The notes: generated by a model from the letters alone, not told the origin. Numbered from the whole stretch's first letter, positions 48,735 through 61,799 are shown. The stretch is DNA of 63,970 bases, filler included, from Babesia bigemina (GCF_000981445.1; 15 parts of 15 records of this genome joined end to end with filler, not necessarily neighbours in it), one strand, 5' to 3'. Translations and numbers: made by a program.

Positions 48735-48834
48735 NNNNNNNNNNNNNNNNNNNNNNNNNNNNNNNNNNNNNNNNNNNNTTAATTAATTAANNNNNNNNNN
48801 NNNNNNNNNNNNNNNNNNNNNNNNNNNNNNNNNN

Positions 48835-49202
48835 GGTGACAATGTGCTGACCAAGGTGCTGACCAATGTGCTGACCAAGGTGGTGACCAAGGTGCTGACC
48901 AATGCCATGACCAACGTGTTGACCAATGCCATGACCAGAGTGGTGACCAACGTGATGACCAATGCCATGACCAGAGTGGTGACCAATGCCATGACCAAAG
49001 TGGTGACCAAAGTGCTGACCAATGCCATGACCAACGTGGTGACCTAGTGGCTGACCAACGCCGTGACCAACGTGGTGACCTAGTGGCTGACCAACGCCGT
49101 GACCAACGTGCTGACCAAAGTGCTGACCAAAGTGCTGACCAACGTGCTGACCAATGCCATGACCAGAGTGGTGACCAATGCGATGACCAACCACCTGACC
49201 AA
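48835..49202 (+). repeat. 12-bp tandem repeat A
   Basis: Directly visible. Confidence 0.95.
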
Positions 49203-49206
49203 GTTA

Positions 49207-49842
49207 GTGGTCACGGCAGCGATGACAAGGTCACGGCAGCGATGACAAGGTTACGGCAGCGATCGCATGGTCACAACAGCGATGACATGGTCACGGCAGC
49301 GATGACATGGTCACGGCAGCGATGACATGGTCACGGCAGCGATGACATGGTCACGGCAGCGATGACATGGTCACGGCAGCGATGACATGGTCACGGCAGC
49401 GATGACATGGTCACGGCAGCGATGACATGGTCACGGCAGCGATGACATGGTTACGGCAGCGATGACATGGTTACGGCAGCGATGACATGGTCACGGCAGC
49501 GATGACATGGTCACGGCAGCGATGACATGGTCACGGCAGCGATGACATGGTCACGGCAGCGATGACATGGACACGGCAGCGATGACATGGACACGGCAGC
49601 GATGACATGGACACGGCAGCGATGACATGGACACGGCAGCGATGACATGGACACGGCAGCGATGACTGGTCACGGCAGCGATGACATGGACACGGCAGCG
49701 ATGACTGGACACGGCAGCGATGACATGGACACGGCAGCGATGACTGGTCACGGCAGCGATGACATGGACACGGCAGCGATGACTGGACACGGCAGCGATG
49801 ACTGGTCACGGCAGCGATGACATGGTCACGGCAGCGATGACA
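49207..49842 (+). repeat. 20-bp tandem repeat B
   Basis: Directly visible, highly homogeneous. Confidence 0.96.
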
Positions 49843-49867
49843 GTGGTGACCTAAGTGGTGATTATTA

Positions 49868-52800
49868 TCCACTCTACATCGCTCCCTAACCCACTCTACA
49901 TCGCTCCTTAACCCACTCCACATCGCCCCTTATCCACTCTACATCGCTCCCTAACCCACTCTACATCGCCCCTTAATCCACTCTACATCGCTCCTCTACC
50001 CACTCTACATCGCTCCTCTACCCACTCTACATCGCTCCTCTACCCACTCTACATCGCCCCTTAACCCACTCTACATCGCTCCATAACCCACTCCACATCG
50101 CCCCTTATCCACTCCACATCGCCCCTTATCCACTCCACATCGCCCCTTATCCACCCTTCATCGCCCCTTAATCCACTCTACATCGCTCCCTAACCCACTC
50201 TACATCGCCCCTTATCCACTCTACATCGCTCCCTAACCCACTCCACATCGCCCCTTATCCACTCCACATCGCCCCTTATCCACCCTTCATCGCCCCTTAA
50301 TCCACTCTACATCGCTCCCTAACCCACTCTACATCGCCCCTTATCCACTCTACATCGCTCCCTAACCCACTCTACATCGCTCCTTAATCCACTCTACATC
50401 GCTCCCTAACCCACTCTACATCGCCCCTTATCCACTCTACATCGCTCCCTAACCCACTCTACATCGCTCCTTAATCCACTCCACATCGCCCCTTAATCCA
50501 CTCTACATCGCTCCTTAATCCACTCTACATCGCCCCTTAACCCACTCTACATCGCTCCTAACCCACTCTACACCGCCCCTCTACCCACTCTACATCGTTC
50601 CTTAACCCACTCTACATCGCCCCTTAACCCACTCTACATCGCCCCTTAACCCACTCCACATCGCCCTTTTACCCACTTTACATCGCCCCTCTATCCACTC
50701 TACATCGCCCCTTAACCCACCTTACATCGCCCCTTAACCCACTCTACATCGCTCCCTAACCCACTCTACATCGCCCCTTTATCCACTCCACATCGCCCCT
50801 TAACCCACTCTACATCGCCCCTTAACCACTCCACATCGCCCCTTTACCCACTCTACATCGCCCCTTTACCCACTATACATCGCCCCTTAACCCACTCTAC
50901 ATCGCTCCCTTACCCACTATACATCGCCCTTAACCCACTCCACATCGCCCCTTTATCCACCTTACATCGCTCCTTTATCCACTCTACATCGCTCCTTTAT
51001 CCACTCTACATCGCTCCTTAACCTCCTCTAATCGCTCCTCTATCCACTCCACATCGCTCCTTAACCCACTCTCCATCGCTCCCTAACCCTCTCTACATCG
51101 CTCCTTAACCCACTCTCCATCGCTCCCTAACCCTCTCTACATCGCCCCTTATCCACTCCACATCGCTCCCTAACCCACTCTACATCGCCCCTTATCCACT
51201 CCACATCGCTCCCTAACCCACTCTACATCGCTCCCTAATCCACTCCACATCGCCCCTTATCCACTCTACATCACCCCTTTATCCACTCTACATCGTCCCT
51301 AACCCACTCCTCATCGCTCCCTAACCCACTCTACATCGCTCCCTAATCCACTCTACATCGCCCCTTACTCCACTCTACATCGCTCCCTAACCCACTCTAC
51401 ATCGCCCCTTATCCACTCTTCATCGCTCCCTAACCCACTCCACATCGCCCCTTTATCCATTCTACATCGCCCCTTTATCCACTCTACATCGCCCCTTAAC
51501 CCACTCTACATCGCCCCTTATCCACTCTACATCGCCCCTTTATCCACTCCACATCGCCCCTTAACCCACTCCTCATCGCTCCTTTATCCACTCCACATCG
51601 CTCCTTTATCCACTCTACATCGCCCCTTATCCACTCTACATCGCCCCTTTACCCACTCTACATCGCTCCCTAACCCACTCTACATCGCTCCCTAACCCAC
51701 TCTACATCGCTCCTTTACCCACTCCGCATCGCTCCCTAACCCACTCTACATCGCTCCCTAACCCACTCCACATCGCTCCCTAACCCACTCCACATCGCTC
51801 CCTAACCCACTCCTCATCGCTCCCTAACCCACTCACATCGCCCCTTTACCCACTCTACATCGCCCCTTTACCCACTCTACATCGCTCCCTAACCCACTCT
51901 ACATCGCTCCTTAACCCACTCTACATCGCTCCTTTATCCACTCTACATCGCCCCTTAACCCACTCTACATCGCCCCTTAATCCACTCTACATCGCTCCTT
52001 TATCCACTCTACATCGCCCCTTAACCCACTCTACATCGCCCCTTTATCCACTCTACATCGCCCCTCTATCCACTCTACATCGCCCCTTATCCACTCTACA
52101 TCGCCCCTTTATCCACTCTACATCGCCCCTTATCCACTCTACATCGCCCCTTATCCACTCTACATCGCCCCTTTATCCACTCTACATCGCCCCTTATCCA
52201 CTCTACATCGCTCCTTTATCCACTCCACATCGCCCCTTAACCCACTCTACATCGCTCCTTTATCCACTCTACATCGCTCCCTAACCCACTCTACATCGCT
52301 CCCTAACCCACTCTACATCGCTCCCTAATCCACTCTACATCGCCCCTTTACCCACTCTACATCGCCCCTTTATCCACACTACATCGCCCCTTTATCCACT
52401 CTACATCGCCCCTTTACCCACACTACATCGCCCCTTTATCCACTCCTCATCGCCCCTTAATCCACTCTACATCGCTCCTTTACCCACTCTACATCGCTCC
52501 TTAACCCACTCCACATCGCCCCTTAACCCACTCTACATCGCCCCTTAACCCACTCTACATCGCCCCTTAATCCACTCTACATCGCTCCTTTACCCACTCT
52601 ACATCGCTCCTTTACCCACTCTACATCGCTCCTTAACCCACTCTACATCGCCCCTTACCCACTCTACATCGCCCCTTAACCCACTCTACATCGCTCCCTA
52701 ACCCACTCTACATCGCCCCTTTACCCACTCTACATCGCTCCTTTACCCACTCTACATCGCTCCCTAACCCACTCTACATCGCCCTTTACCCACTCTACAT

Positions 52801-53105
52801 CGCTCCCTAACCCACTCTACATCGCCCCTTATCCACTCTACATCGCTCCTTATCCACTCTACATCGCCCCTTTTTCCACTCTCCATCGCTCCTTAACCCA
52901 CTCTACATCGCTCCCTAACCCACTCCACATCGCCCCTTTACCCACTCTACATCGCTCCCTTATCCACCTTACATCGCTCCTTTATCCACTCTACATCGCT
53001 CCCTAACCCACCTTACATCGCTCCTTAACCCACTCTACATCGCTCCCTAACCCACTCCACATCGCCCCTTTACCCACTCTACATCGCTCCCTTATCCACT
53101 CTACA
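49868..53105 (+). repeat. ~22-bp tandem repeat C (~3.2 kb)
   Basis: Directly visible. Confidence 0.97.
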
Positions 53106-53135
53106 TCCCTAGAAATACCTCGCCATAATACCGCT

Positions 53136-54342
53136 ATGACCTCTTTAAACCACAATACTAACTTGTGCCTTGTCACCCTTCACTACCCTTCTGACTGAGT
53201 CCATCGACTGGTTGATCCAGGTTAGGCATGGGAATGGTAAGGATGGTCTTACCAAGTTGGCTGAAGCTTTGAAAAAGTTGATTGAGGAGGCTATAGGTAA
53301 CGCTACTAAGTCCCTTAAAGCCGAAAAATCTAAACTCGAATGCCCTGTTAAGTACAAGGGAAATGAGTCCACTTGCCAGTTCTACCAGAAGAAAATTGCT
53401 GAACTTGAAAAATCTCAAGAACTTGGAAAAAATTCAAATGGTTTTACTTCTAATGATCTTGAAGAAGCTAAACAAAAATGTGCCGCATCACATGAATATA
53501 AGCGTACCGATGCCCAGAAGAAAGCCTATGAGGACATTGACTCCAAGTTGAAACAGGTTGAAGAACTTAAAAAGAGTCTTGACAAATTCACTGAATCACT
53601 TGGTAAAAATGGTAATGAAAATATCCTTACTAACCTCTGCACTGGCCTCGAGAAATTCCTCGGCTTCAACACTGCTTCCAAAGGCTACACTGGCCATGGC
53701 ATTGTGTACTCTGACTTGGATAGGCTGTGTGACGGAGTGATGGGATTTTTGAGTGGTGTGCTTGGTGCGGTGAAAAACGAAAATGAAGTGACAACTTATG
53801 ATAAATACATCAGTGATGAAGATAAAAGACTTAATAAAGTAATTGAGAAACTGAATAATAAAATTGGCTCCGGGCGTACTGGGCTTGCGGCGTCTGTCGA
53901 CGCGGTGCAGGGGTGGTTGGAAAAATATTGGACGCAGGTATGGAACTCAACAGGTACGGTAAATAAGAAGTTAAGCATGTTAATATATGACAAAATCGGT
54001 GACGAATGTATGAAATCTGTTTCAGTCAATGACACGAATCCACTTAATGAGCAGTTGGCCAATTGGTCCCGTGTCGTTGAGAAAATCAATAACGAGGTGA
54101 AGGGCATTTCCAGTGACGTCAGGGAATTAGATTCGTCGTTAAAGCAAAAAATAAGTAATGAGATGAAGCTAATTATCAGCGGTGTTGTTTCGCTGGAGAC
54201 GTCTCTAAAGGACAGGCCGTTTGTGAAGCAGGTGAATGAAGTTGATAGGCAGTTGAAGGAGCAGAAACAATATGTAGAAAAGACAATCAATGAGGGGAGT
54301 GAGAAGGTTCAAGAGAGCCTGAAACTGGAAAAAACAAAATAA
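53136..54342 (+). CDS. ves1: ves1-like gene, 5' fragment (leader ATG 53136, possible intron 53172..53199); the stop near the contig end may be an error
   Basis: LTESIDWLIQ and GIVYSDLDRLCDGVMGFL motifs. Confidence 0.87.
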
Positions 54343-54479
54343 CCCATACATTGATATGAAGGGTGTTGAATTACACGNNNNNNNNNNNNNNNNNNNNNNN
54401 NNNNNNNNNNNNNNNNNNNNNTTAATTAATTAANNNNNNNNNNNNNNNNNNNNNNNNNNNNNNNNNNNNNNNNNNNNAC

Positions 54480-54947
54480 TGGGGATGTTCGAAATGCATC
54501 CATGGAGTCAAATGTAAGAAAGGACAGCACGGTGTCGACAACTGCCAGTGCCGTGGACTTGTTGAATGCCGTGGCGTACAAAGCACTTTCTACAATTACG
54601 GATTCACGTTTGGCAATCCTGAAACACTTCTAGCAAAAGAAGGTAAAAAATATTGCCATCATTTCCATCAACAGCTGAAGTCGGTGCTTGAATCGCAGTA
54701 TTTCGCAAAACTATTTGAGGAGTGCGATAATTTCCTCTGGATCATCAGGCAGCCGTTCATATGGATGAACGTCGCACTCTGGTCGCTGTCCCTCTTCTAC
54801 CTCATCTGCGTGATGGTTGGCAGACTGGACGTGCTCCACATACGCTCACACCTGAGGATACCGTCGTCGCACAGCATAACGGCGCAATCATTGTTGGCTG
54901 CAGCGCAAGTCGGAAGGCTTGCCAAGATATCGTATCTACAACCGTAA
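54480..54947 (+). CDS. ves1: ves1-like gene, 3' fragment, B-type tail
   Basis: The frame is open from the contig start: WGCSKCIHGVKCKKGQHG...AKISYLQP. Confidence 0.9.
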   Translation, partial: WGCSKCIHGVKCKKGQHGVDNCQCRGLVECRGVQSTFYNYGFTFGNPETLLAKEGKKYCHHFHQQLKSVLESQYFAKLFEECDNFLWIIRQPFIWMNVALWSLSLFYLICVMVGRLDVLHIRSHLRIPSSHSITAQSLLAAAQVGRLAKISYLQP

Positions 54948-55092
54948 TTGTATTCACGTTTGTAATTCACATAAACTCACGTAATAACTCACCTACTCAC
55001 CTAACCGACAAACGTAGTCTAATGTCTCGAATTACTCTAGCAGTAACCTGTGAACTAAATAGCGTTGAGATTAAGTGATGAGTGATAGACGA

Positions 55093-55387
55093 AGCAACGT
55101 GTTGACCTAGCAACCAGGTGAAGTGCTAACCTAGCACCCAGGCAACGTGTTGAGCTAGCACCCAGGCAACGTGCTAAGCTGGCACCCAGGCAAAGTGCTA
55201 AGCTAGCACCCAGGCAACGTGCTAAGCTGGCACCCAGGCAAAGTGCTAAGCTAGCACCCAGGCAAAGTGTTAACCTAGCACCCAGGCAACGTGTCAACCT
55301 AGCAACCAGGCAAAGTGCTAAGCTAGCACACAGGCTACGTGCTAAGCTAGCACCCAGGCAAAGTGCTAACCTAGCAAACAGGCTAAG
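55093..55387 (+). repeat. 24-bp tandem repeat D
   Basis: Directly visible. Confidence 0.93.
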
Positions 55388-55401
55388 TTGATGCTTACTG
55401 T

Positions 55402-55923
55402 AGCGATGACATGGTCACGGCAGCGATGACATGGTCACGGCAGCGATGACATGGTCACGGCAGCGATGACATGGTCACGGCAGCGATGACATGGTCACGG
55501 CAGCGATGACATGGTTAAGGCAGCGATGACATGGACACGGCAGCGATGACAGTTAATGGACACGGCAGCGATGACATAATCACGGCAGCGATGACATGGC
55601 TACGGCAGCGATGACATGGTCACGGCAGCGAGGACATGGTTACGGCAGCGATTTCTTGGTCACGGCAGCGAGGACATGGTTACGGCAGCGATTTCTTGGT
55701 CACGGCAGCGATGACATGGTTACGGCAGCGATGTCATGGACACGGCAGCGATGACATGGTTACGACAGCGATGACATGGACACGGCAGCGATGACATGGT
55801 CACGGCAGCGATGACATGGACACGGCAGCGATGACATGGTGACGGCAGCGATGACATGGTTACGGCAGCGATGACATGGTCACGGCAGCGATGACATGGA
55901 CACGGCAGCGATGACATGGTCAC
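55402..55923 (+). repeat. 20-bp tandem repeat B
   Basis: Directly visible. Confidence 0.95.
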
Positions 55924-55938
55924 AAGTGGTGATTATTA

Positions 55939-56454
55939 TCCACTCTACGTCGCTCCTTAACCCACTCTACATCGCCCCTTATCCACTCCACATCGCCCCT
56001 TTATCCACTCTACATCGCTCCTTATCCACTCCACATCGCCCCTTTATCCACTCTACATCGCCCTTAACCCACTCTACATCGCCCTTAACCCACTCTACAT
56101 CGCCCCTTAACCCACTCTACATCGCCCATTTACCCACTCTACATCGCCCCTTTATCCACTCTACATCGCTCCCTAATCCACTCTTCATCGCTCCCTAACC
56201 CACTCTACACCGCTCCCTAACCCACTCTACATCGCTCCCTAACCCACTCCACATCGCCCCTTTATCCACTCTACATCGCCCCTTTACCCACTCCACATCG
56301 CCCCTTTACCCACTCTACATCGCCCCTTATCCACTCTACATCGCCCCTTAACCCTCTCTACATCGCTCCTTAACCCACTCTACATCGCTCCTTATCCACT
56401 CTACATCGCTCCCTAACCCACTATACATCGCCCCTTTATCCACTCCACATCGCC
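55939..56454 (+). repeat. ~22-bp tandem repeat C
   Basis: Directly visible. Confidence 0.95.
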
Positions 56455-56554
56455 NNNNNNNNNNNNNNNNNNNNNNNNNNNNNNNNNNNNNNNNNNNNTT
56501 AATTAATTAANNNNNNNNNNNNNNNNNNNNNNNNNNNNNNNNNNNNNNNNNNNN

Positions 56555-58562
56555 CCCTAGGAGCCTTAGAGCCCGTAAAGACCCGTAAAAACCCTAAAAC
56601 CCTATGCCCTGCGAGCGTGAAGCCTGAACCCCTAAGAAGCCTAAGACCCTAGAAACCCTAAAAAGCCTAAGAGCCTAATACCTAAGAACCCTAAAAACCC
56701 TAAACCTAAAAACCCTAAACCCTAAACCTAAAAACCCTAAGAACCCTAAAACCCTAAAACCCTAGAACCCGAAACCTTAAACCCTAAACCCTAAACCCTA
56801 AAACCCTAAAAACCCTAAACCCTAAAACCCTAAAACCCTAAAGCCTAAACCCTAAAACCCTAAAACCCTAAACCCTAAAAACCCTAAAACCCTAAGAACC
56901 CTAAAAACCTAAAACCCTAAACCCTAAACCCTAAAAACCCTAAAACCCTAAACCCTAAACCCTAAACCCTAAAACCCTAAAACCCTAAAACCCTAAAACC
57001 CTAAAACCCTAAAAACCCTAAACCCTAAAACCCTAAAACCCTAAACCCTAAACCCTAAAACCCTAAAAACCCTAAAAACCCTAAAAACCCTAAACCCTAA
57101 AACCCTAAACCCTAGAACCCTAAACCCTAAAAACCCTAAAAACCCTAAAACCCTAAACCCTAAAACCCTAAAACCCTAAACCCTAAAACCCTAAAAACCC
57201 TAAAACCCTAAAACCCTAAAACCCTAAACCCTAAACCCTAAAAACCCTAAAACCCTAAACCCTAAACCTAAACCCTAAACCCTAAACCTAAAACCCTAAA
57301 ACCCTAAAAACCCTAAACCCTAAAAAACCCTAAACCCTAAACCCTAAAAACCCTAAAAACCCTAAAAACCCTAAAACCCTAAAAAACCCTAAAACCCTAA
57401 AACCCTAAAACCCTAAAACCCTAAAACCCTAAAACCCTAAAAACCCTAAAACCCTAAAACCCTAAAAACCCTAAAACCCTAAACCCTAAACCCTAAAAAA
57501 CCCTAAACCCTAAAAACCCTAAAAACCCTAAAACCTAAACCCTAAACCCTAAAACCCTAAAAACCCTAAAACCCTAAAACCTAAACCCTAAACCCTAAAA
57601 CCCTAAACCTAAAACCCTAAAACCCTAAACCCTAAAACCCTAAAACCCTAAAAAACCTAAAAACCTAAAACCCTAAAAACCCTAAAACCCTAAGAACCCT
57701 AAAACCTAAAACCCTAAACCTAAACCCTAAAACCCTAAAAACCCTAAACCTAAAACCCTAAAACCCTAAAAACCCTAAACCCTAAACCCTAAAACCCTAA
57801 AACCCTAAACCCTAAAACCCTAAAACCCTAAAACCCTAAAAGCCTAAAACCCTAAAAACCCTAAAACCCTAAAACCCTAAACCCTAAAACCCTAAAACCC
57901 TAAAACCTAAACCCTAAACCCTAAAAAACCCTAAAAACCCTAAACCCTAAAAAACCCTAAAACCCTAAAACCCTAAACCCTAAAAACCCTAAACCCTAAA
58001 AACCCTAAACCCTAAAACCCTAAAACCCTAAAAACCCTAAAACCCTAAAAACCCTAAAAACCCTAAACCCTAAAAACCCTAAAACCCTAAAAACCCTAAA
58101 AACCTAAAACCCTAAACCCTAAAACCCTAAAAACCCTAAAACCCTAAACCCTAAAAACCCTAAAACCCTAAAAACCCTAAACCCTAAACCCTAAAAACCC
58201 TAAACCCTAAAAAACCCTAAAACCCTAAAACCTAAACCCCTAAAAACCTAAAACCCTAAAAACCTAAAACCCTAAACCTAAAACCCTAAAAACCCTAAAA
58301 AACCCTAAAACCCTAAAACCCTAAAAACCCTAAAACCCTAAAACCCTAAAACCCTAAAACCCTAAAACCCTAAAAACCCTAAACCCTAAAACCCTAAAAC
58401 CCTAAAACCCTAAAACCCTAAACCCTAAAACCCTAAAACCCTAAAAACCCTAAAACCCTAAAACCCTAAACCCTAAAACCCTAAACCCTAAACCCTAAAC
58501 CCTAAACCCTAAAACCCTAAAAACCTAAAAACCTAAGAACCTAAAAACCCTAAAAACCTAAG
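56555..58562 (+). repeat. Telomeric repeat tract, CCCTA(3-6), i.e. TTTAGGG/TTTTAGGG type
   Basis: ~2 kb of CCCTAAA, CCCTAAAA and CCCTAAAAA, followed by unique sequence as expected at a left chromosome end. Confidence 0.95.
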
Positions 58563-59090
58563 CCCAGTGACCTGGCCTCCTAACCCTAGAATTCTAGGAC
58601 CTCATCTACTCATCTTCCTTTTTCTGGCCTCACTTCGCTCGGCCTTAGATAAGCCTTGATTCTAATTTGACTTGTTATTGCTACTCATCTTATCTTATTC
58701 AGCTACTCATCTTATCTTATTCAGCTACTCATCTTCCTGTTTCTGGCCTTAGATAAGCCTTGATTCTAATTTGCCTTGTTATTGTAATCTAACTAAGCAC
58801 TTACAATCTCTATGTGCCGCCTAACTCAGCGTACAATTCGCCTACGCGTCCACCACCTTAATCACCAAGCCCATCTCCGCCCTCATGACTCCCCGCTGCC
58901 TGAGTGGGACGGATGGACTGCTACTGCAACCACGCACCTATTTTCTCCACTACCAACGCTATGAGTGCGCTACCCGTGTGCCTAAATCACGCTACTGTGA
59001 CGCTACTCAGTGTCTTATTCCGCACTCACTGGCACGCATGCACTGACGCAGCTACGACGTGACCACACAAGGCAAGCCTCACAAACCTGC
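58563..59090. other. Telomere-associated sequence with short direct repeats
   Basis: GGCCTTAGATAAGCCTTGATTCTAATTTG twice (58641, 58745) and tandem 22-bp CTACTCATCTTATCTTATTCAG. Confidence 0.8.
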
Positions 59091-59214
59091 NNNNNNNNNN
59101 NNNNNNNNNNNNNNNNNNNNNNNNNNNNNNNNNNTTAATTAATTAANNNNNNNNNNNNNNNNNNNNNNNNNNNNNNNNNNNNNNNNNNNNCGTAGAATCA
59201 GCTTGAATTCGTCT

Positions 59215-59830
59215 CACTCCCAGTCCCCTCAACCTGCAAAGATATCAATCACCTAGCAACGCACTCACCAACTGCAACACGTACCACTGCCGCTCCCACT
59301 CCCCTCAACCTGCAAGCATATCAATCACCTAGCAACGCACTCACCAACTGCAACACGTACCACTGCGCCTCCCACTCCCCTCAACCTGCTAACATCAATC
59401 ACCTATGCAAGCACTCACCGACTGCAACACTACCACTGCCGCTCCCACTCCCCTCAACCTGCTAACATCAATCACCTATGCAAGCACTCACCGACTGCAA
59501 CACTACCACTGCCGCTCCCAGTCCCCTCAACCTGCAAACATATCAATCACTAAGCAACGCACTCACCAACTGCAACACTACCACTGCCGCTCCCAGTCCC
59601 CTCAGCCTGCTAACATATCAATCACCTAGCAACGCACTCACCTACTGCAACACTACCACTGCCGCTCCCAGTCCCCTCAACCTGCAAGCATATCAATTAC
59701 CTAAGCAACGCACTCACCTACTGCAACACTACCACTGCCGCTCCCACTCCCCTCAGCCTGCAAACATATCAATCACTAAGCAACGCACTCACCAACTGCA
59801 ACACGTACCACTGCCGCTCCCAGTCCCCTC
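59215..59830 (+). repeat. ~75-bp tandem repeat E
   Basis: Same unit as 31528..32040. Confidence 0.93.
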
Positions 59831-60344
59831 ATCAACACTCACCTTCACCCCTGTATCCCCCCAGCCCAGGCCACCGACACCCACGCTGCCCAGGATACCA
59901 CGGCTGCCCTGACGCGACGCATGTGATCAGCACCAACTGTCACTTTAAATTATTTACAATTCGCAACGCCATTAATATTGCAGCGAACCCCGTGCGCTCA
60001 ACTCCCACAGCGCAGCAGCACCGTGCTACGAGCCGCGGTATCGGCGCCATGCTGGCGGAGTGTGTCGGCTACGTGCCTAAATGTGATATTAACGATCGCT
60101 ACATTGCCGCCCCTAAATGCCATTTAACCTGGCCAACGCGGATTACGCCACCCTGCCAGTGACTCGCAACACACGACTTAGGTCACCCGCCGCGGCCCTC
60201 ACGACCGCCTACGTTAGCGACCAATCACCCAGCCTCACGTGACACTGACTCAATGGGCAACGCGGACGCCTCTCACAGTCAACGCACAGCTCAACGCACC
60301 AGGCAATCAACGTGCTACAACACCCACCAAATTACGGTTCATCC

Positions 60345-60818
60345 GCCAGCTTAGCACTTTGCCTGGATGGTAGGTCAACACGTTGCCTGGGTGCCAGCTT
60401 AGCACGTTGCCTGGGTGCCAGCTTAGCACGTTGCCTGGGTGCCAGCTTAGCACGTTGCCTGACTGCTAGCTTGCCACGTTGTCTGACTGCTAGCTTGCCA
60501 CGTTGCCTGGGTGCTAGCTTAGCACTCTGCCTGGGTGCTCGCTTAGCACTTTGCCTGGTTGCTAGGTCAACACTTTGCCTGTGTGCTTGCTTACCACTTT
60601 GCCTGGGTGCTTGCTTAGCACGTTGCCTGGGTGCTAACTTACCACTTTGCCTGGGTGCTAGCTTAGCACTTTGCCTGGGTGCCAGCTTACCACGTTGCCT
60701 GGGTGCTAGGTCAACACTTTGCCTGGGTGCTAGCTTAGCACTTTGCCTGGCTGCCAGCTTAGCACTTTGTCTGGGTGCTAGGTCAACACTTTGCTTGTCT
60801 GCTAGGTTAACACGTTGC
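60345..60818 (-). repeat. 24-bp tandem repeat D
   Basis: Gives the spurious RQSAKLAP/CLGASLA ORFs. Confidence 0.94.
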
Positions 60819-60976
60819 ATTGTTGTTCAATCATCACATAATCTCAACGCTATCTAGTTCCCAGGTTGCCGCTAGAGTAATTCGAGACATTAGACTACGT
60901 TTGTCGGTTAGGTGAGTAGGTGATTCGCTAAGTGAGTAGTTACGTGAGTTGATGTGAATTACAAATGTGAATACAT

Positions 60977-61699
60977 TTACGGCTGCAGGTACGATATCTT
61001 GGCAAGCCTTCCGACTTGCGATGCCGCCAACAATGATTGCGCCGTTATCTTGTGCGACGACGGTGATCGTAAGTGTGATTTGATGTGGAGCACATCCAGT
61101 CTGCCAACCATGACGCAGATGAGGTAGAAGAGGGACAGCGACCAGAGCGCCACGTTCATCCACAAGAAAGGTGCGCGGATGGTAAACATGAACTTATCAA
61201 TGGCTTTGAAGAACTTCACAAGATGTGAGTCCTTCTCAAATGCCTCCGCAAATACTGTACAGAAATCTCTGCACGTGCGTTTCTTCTCAATGCCTGCACT
61301 TCCGTTCAGCCTCTCTGGATCGCCGAAAACGAAGCCGTACTTAGCCAATGTAGGCAGCGTGTTATTGCAGCTTACAATGGATTTGCAGTTGCGATCGTGA
61401 TATCGTGGCGGTTGATACGTGGTGGATGTAGTTCTACATTCTTTGATGCACGCTTTTACGTGGCAATTCGATCCCCTGGAACCGCATTTGGAATTGCACT
61501 CGTCATACAATTTCTTCAGCAGATCGTAGAACGATGCCGTCAGATAAACTATCCACGACAAGTACTTATCGGCGTGTTCTGACGAGAACGTCTCGTAGAT
61601 GGCGTGACTGATGGGACGCAGATAAGGACCGCATACGACGGAGTCCCTTGATAAGCATACGAGACTGCCCAGGCTACCATCGGAGTGCGTGTCGTCTTT
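60977..61699 (-). CDS. ves1: ves1-like gene, 3' fragment; A-type Cys-rich body with a B-type TM and tail
   Basis: SWIVYLTASFYDLLKKLY...KRTCRDFC followed by APFLWMNVALWSLSLFYLICVMVG...KISYLQP. Confidence 0.9.
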   Translation of the reverse strand, partial: KDDTHSDGSLGSLVCLSRDSVVCGPYLRPISHAIYETFSSEHADKYLSWIVYLTASFYDLLKKLYDECNSKCGSRGSNCHVKACIKECRTTSTTYQPPRYHDRNCKSIVSCNNTLPTLAKYGFVFGDPERLNGSAGIEKKRTCRDFCTVFAEAFEKDSHLVKFFKAIDKFMFTIRAPFLWMNVALWSLSLFYLICVMVGRLDVLHIKSHLRSPSSHKITAQSLLAASQVGRLAKISYLQP

Positions 61700-61799
61700 N
61701 NNNNNNNNNNNNNNNNNNNNNNNNNNNNNNNNNNNNNNNNNNNTTAATTAATTAANNNNNNNNNNNNNNNNNNNNNNNNNNNNNNNNNNNNNNNNNNNN

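Noticed and set aside
49207..53105. CRISPR-like appearance of arrays B, C and D
   Set aside because: The units are directly tandem with no unique spacers, there are no cas genes, and the context is eukaryotic.
56455..59190. Telomere apparently interstitial or adjacent to ves genes
   Set aside because: The contig is bounded by artificial linkers, so physical linkage cannot be inferred.
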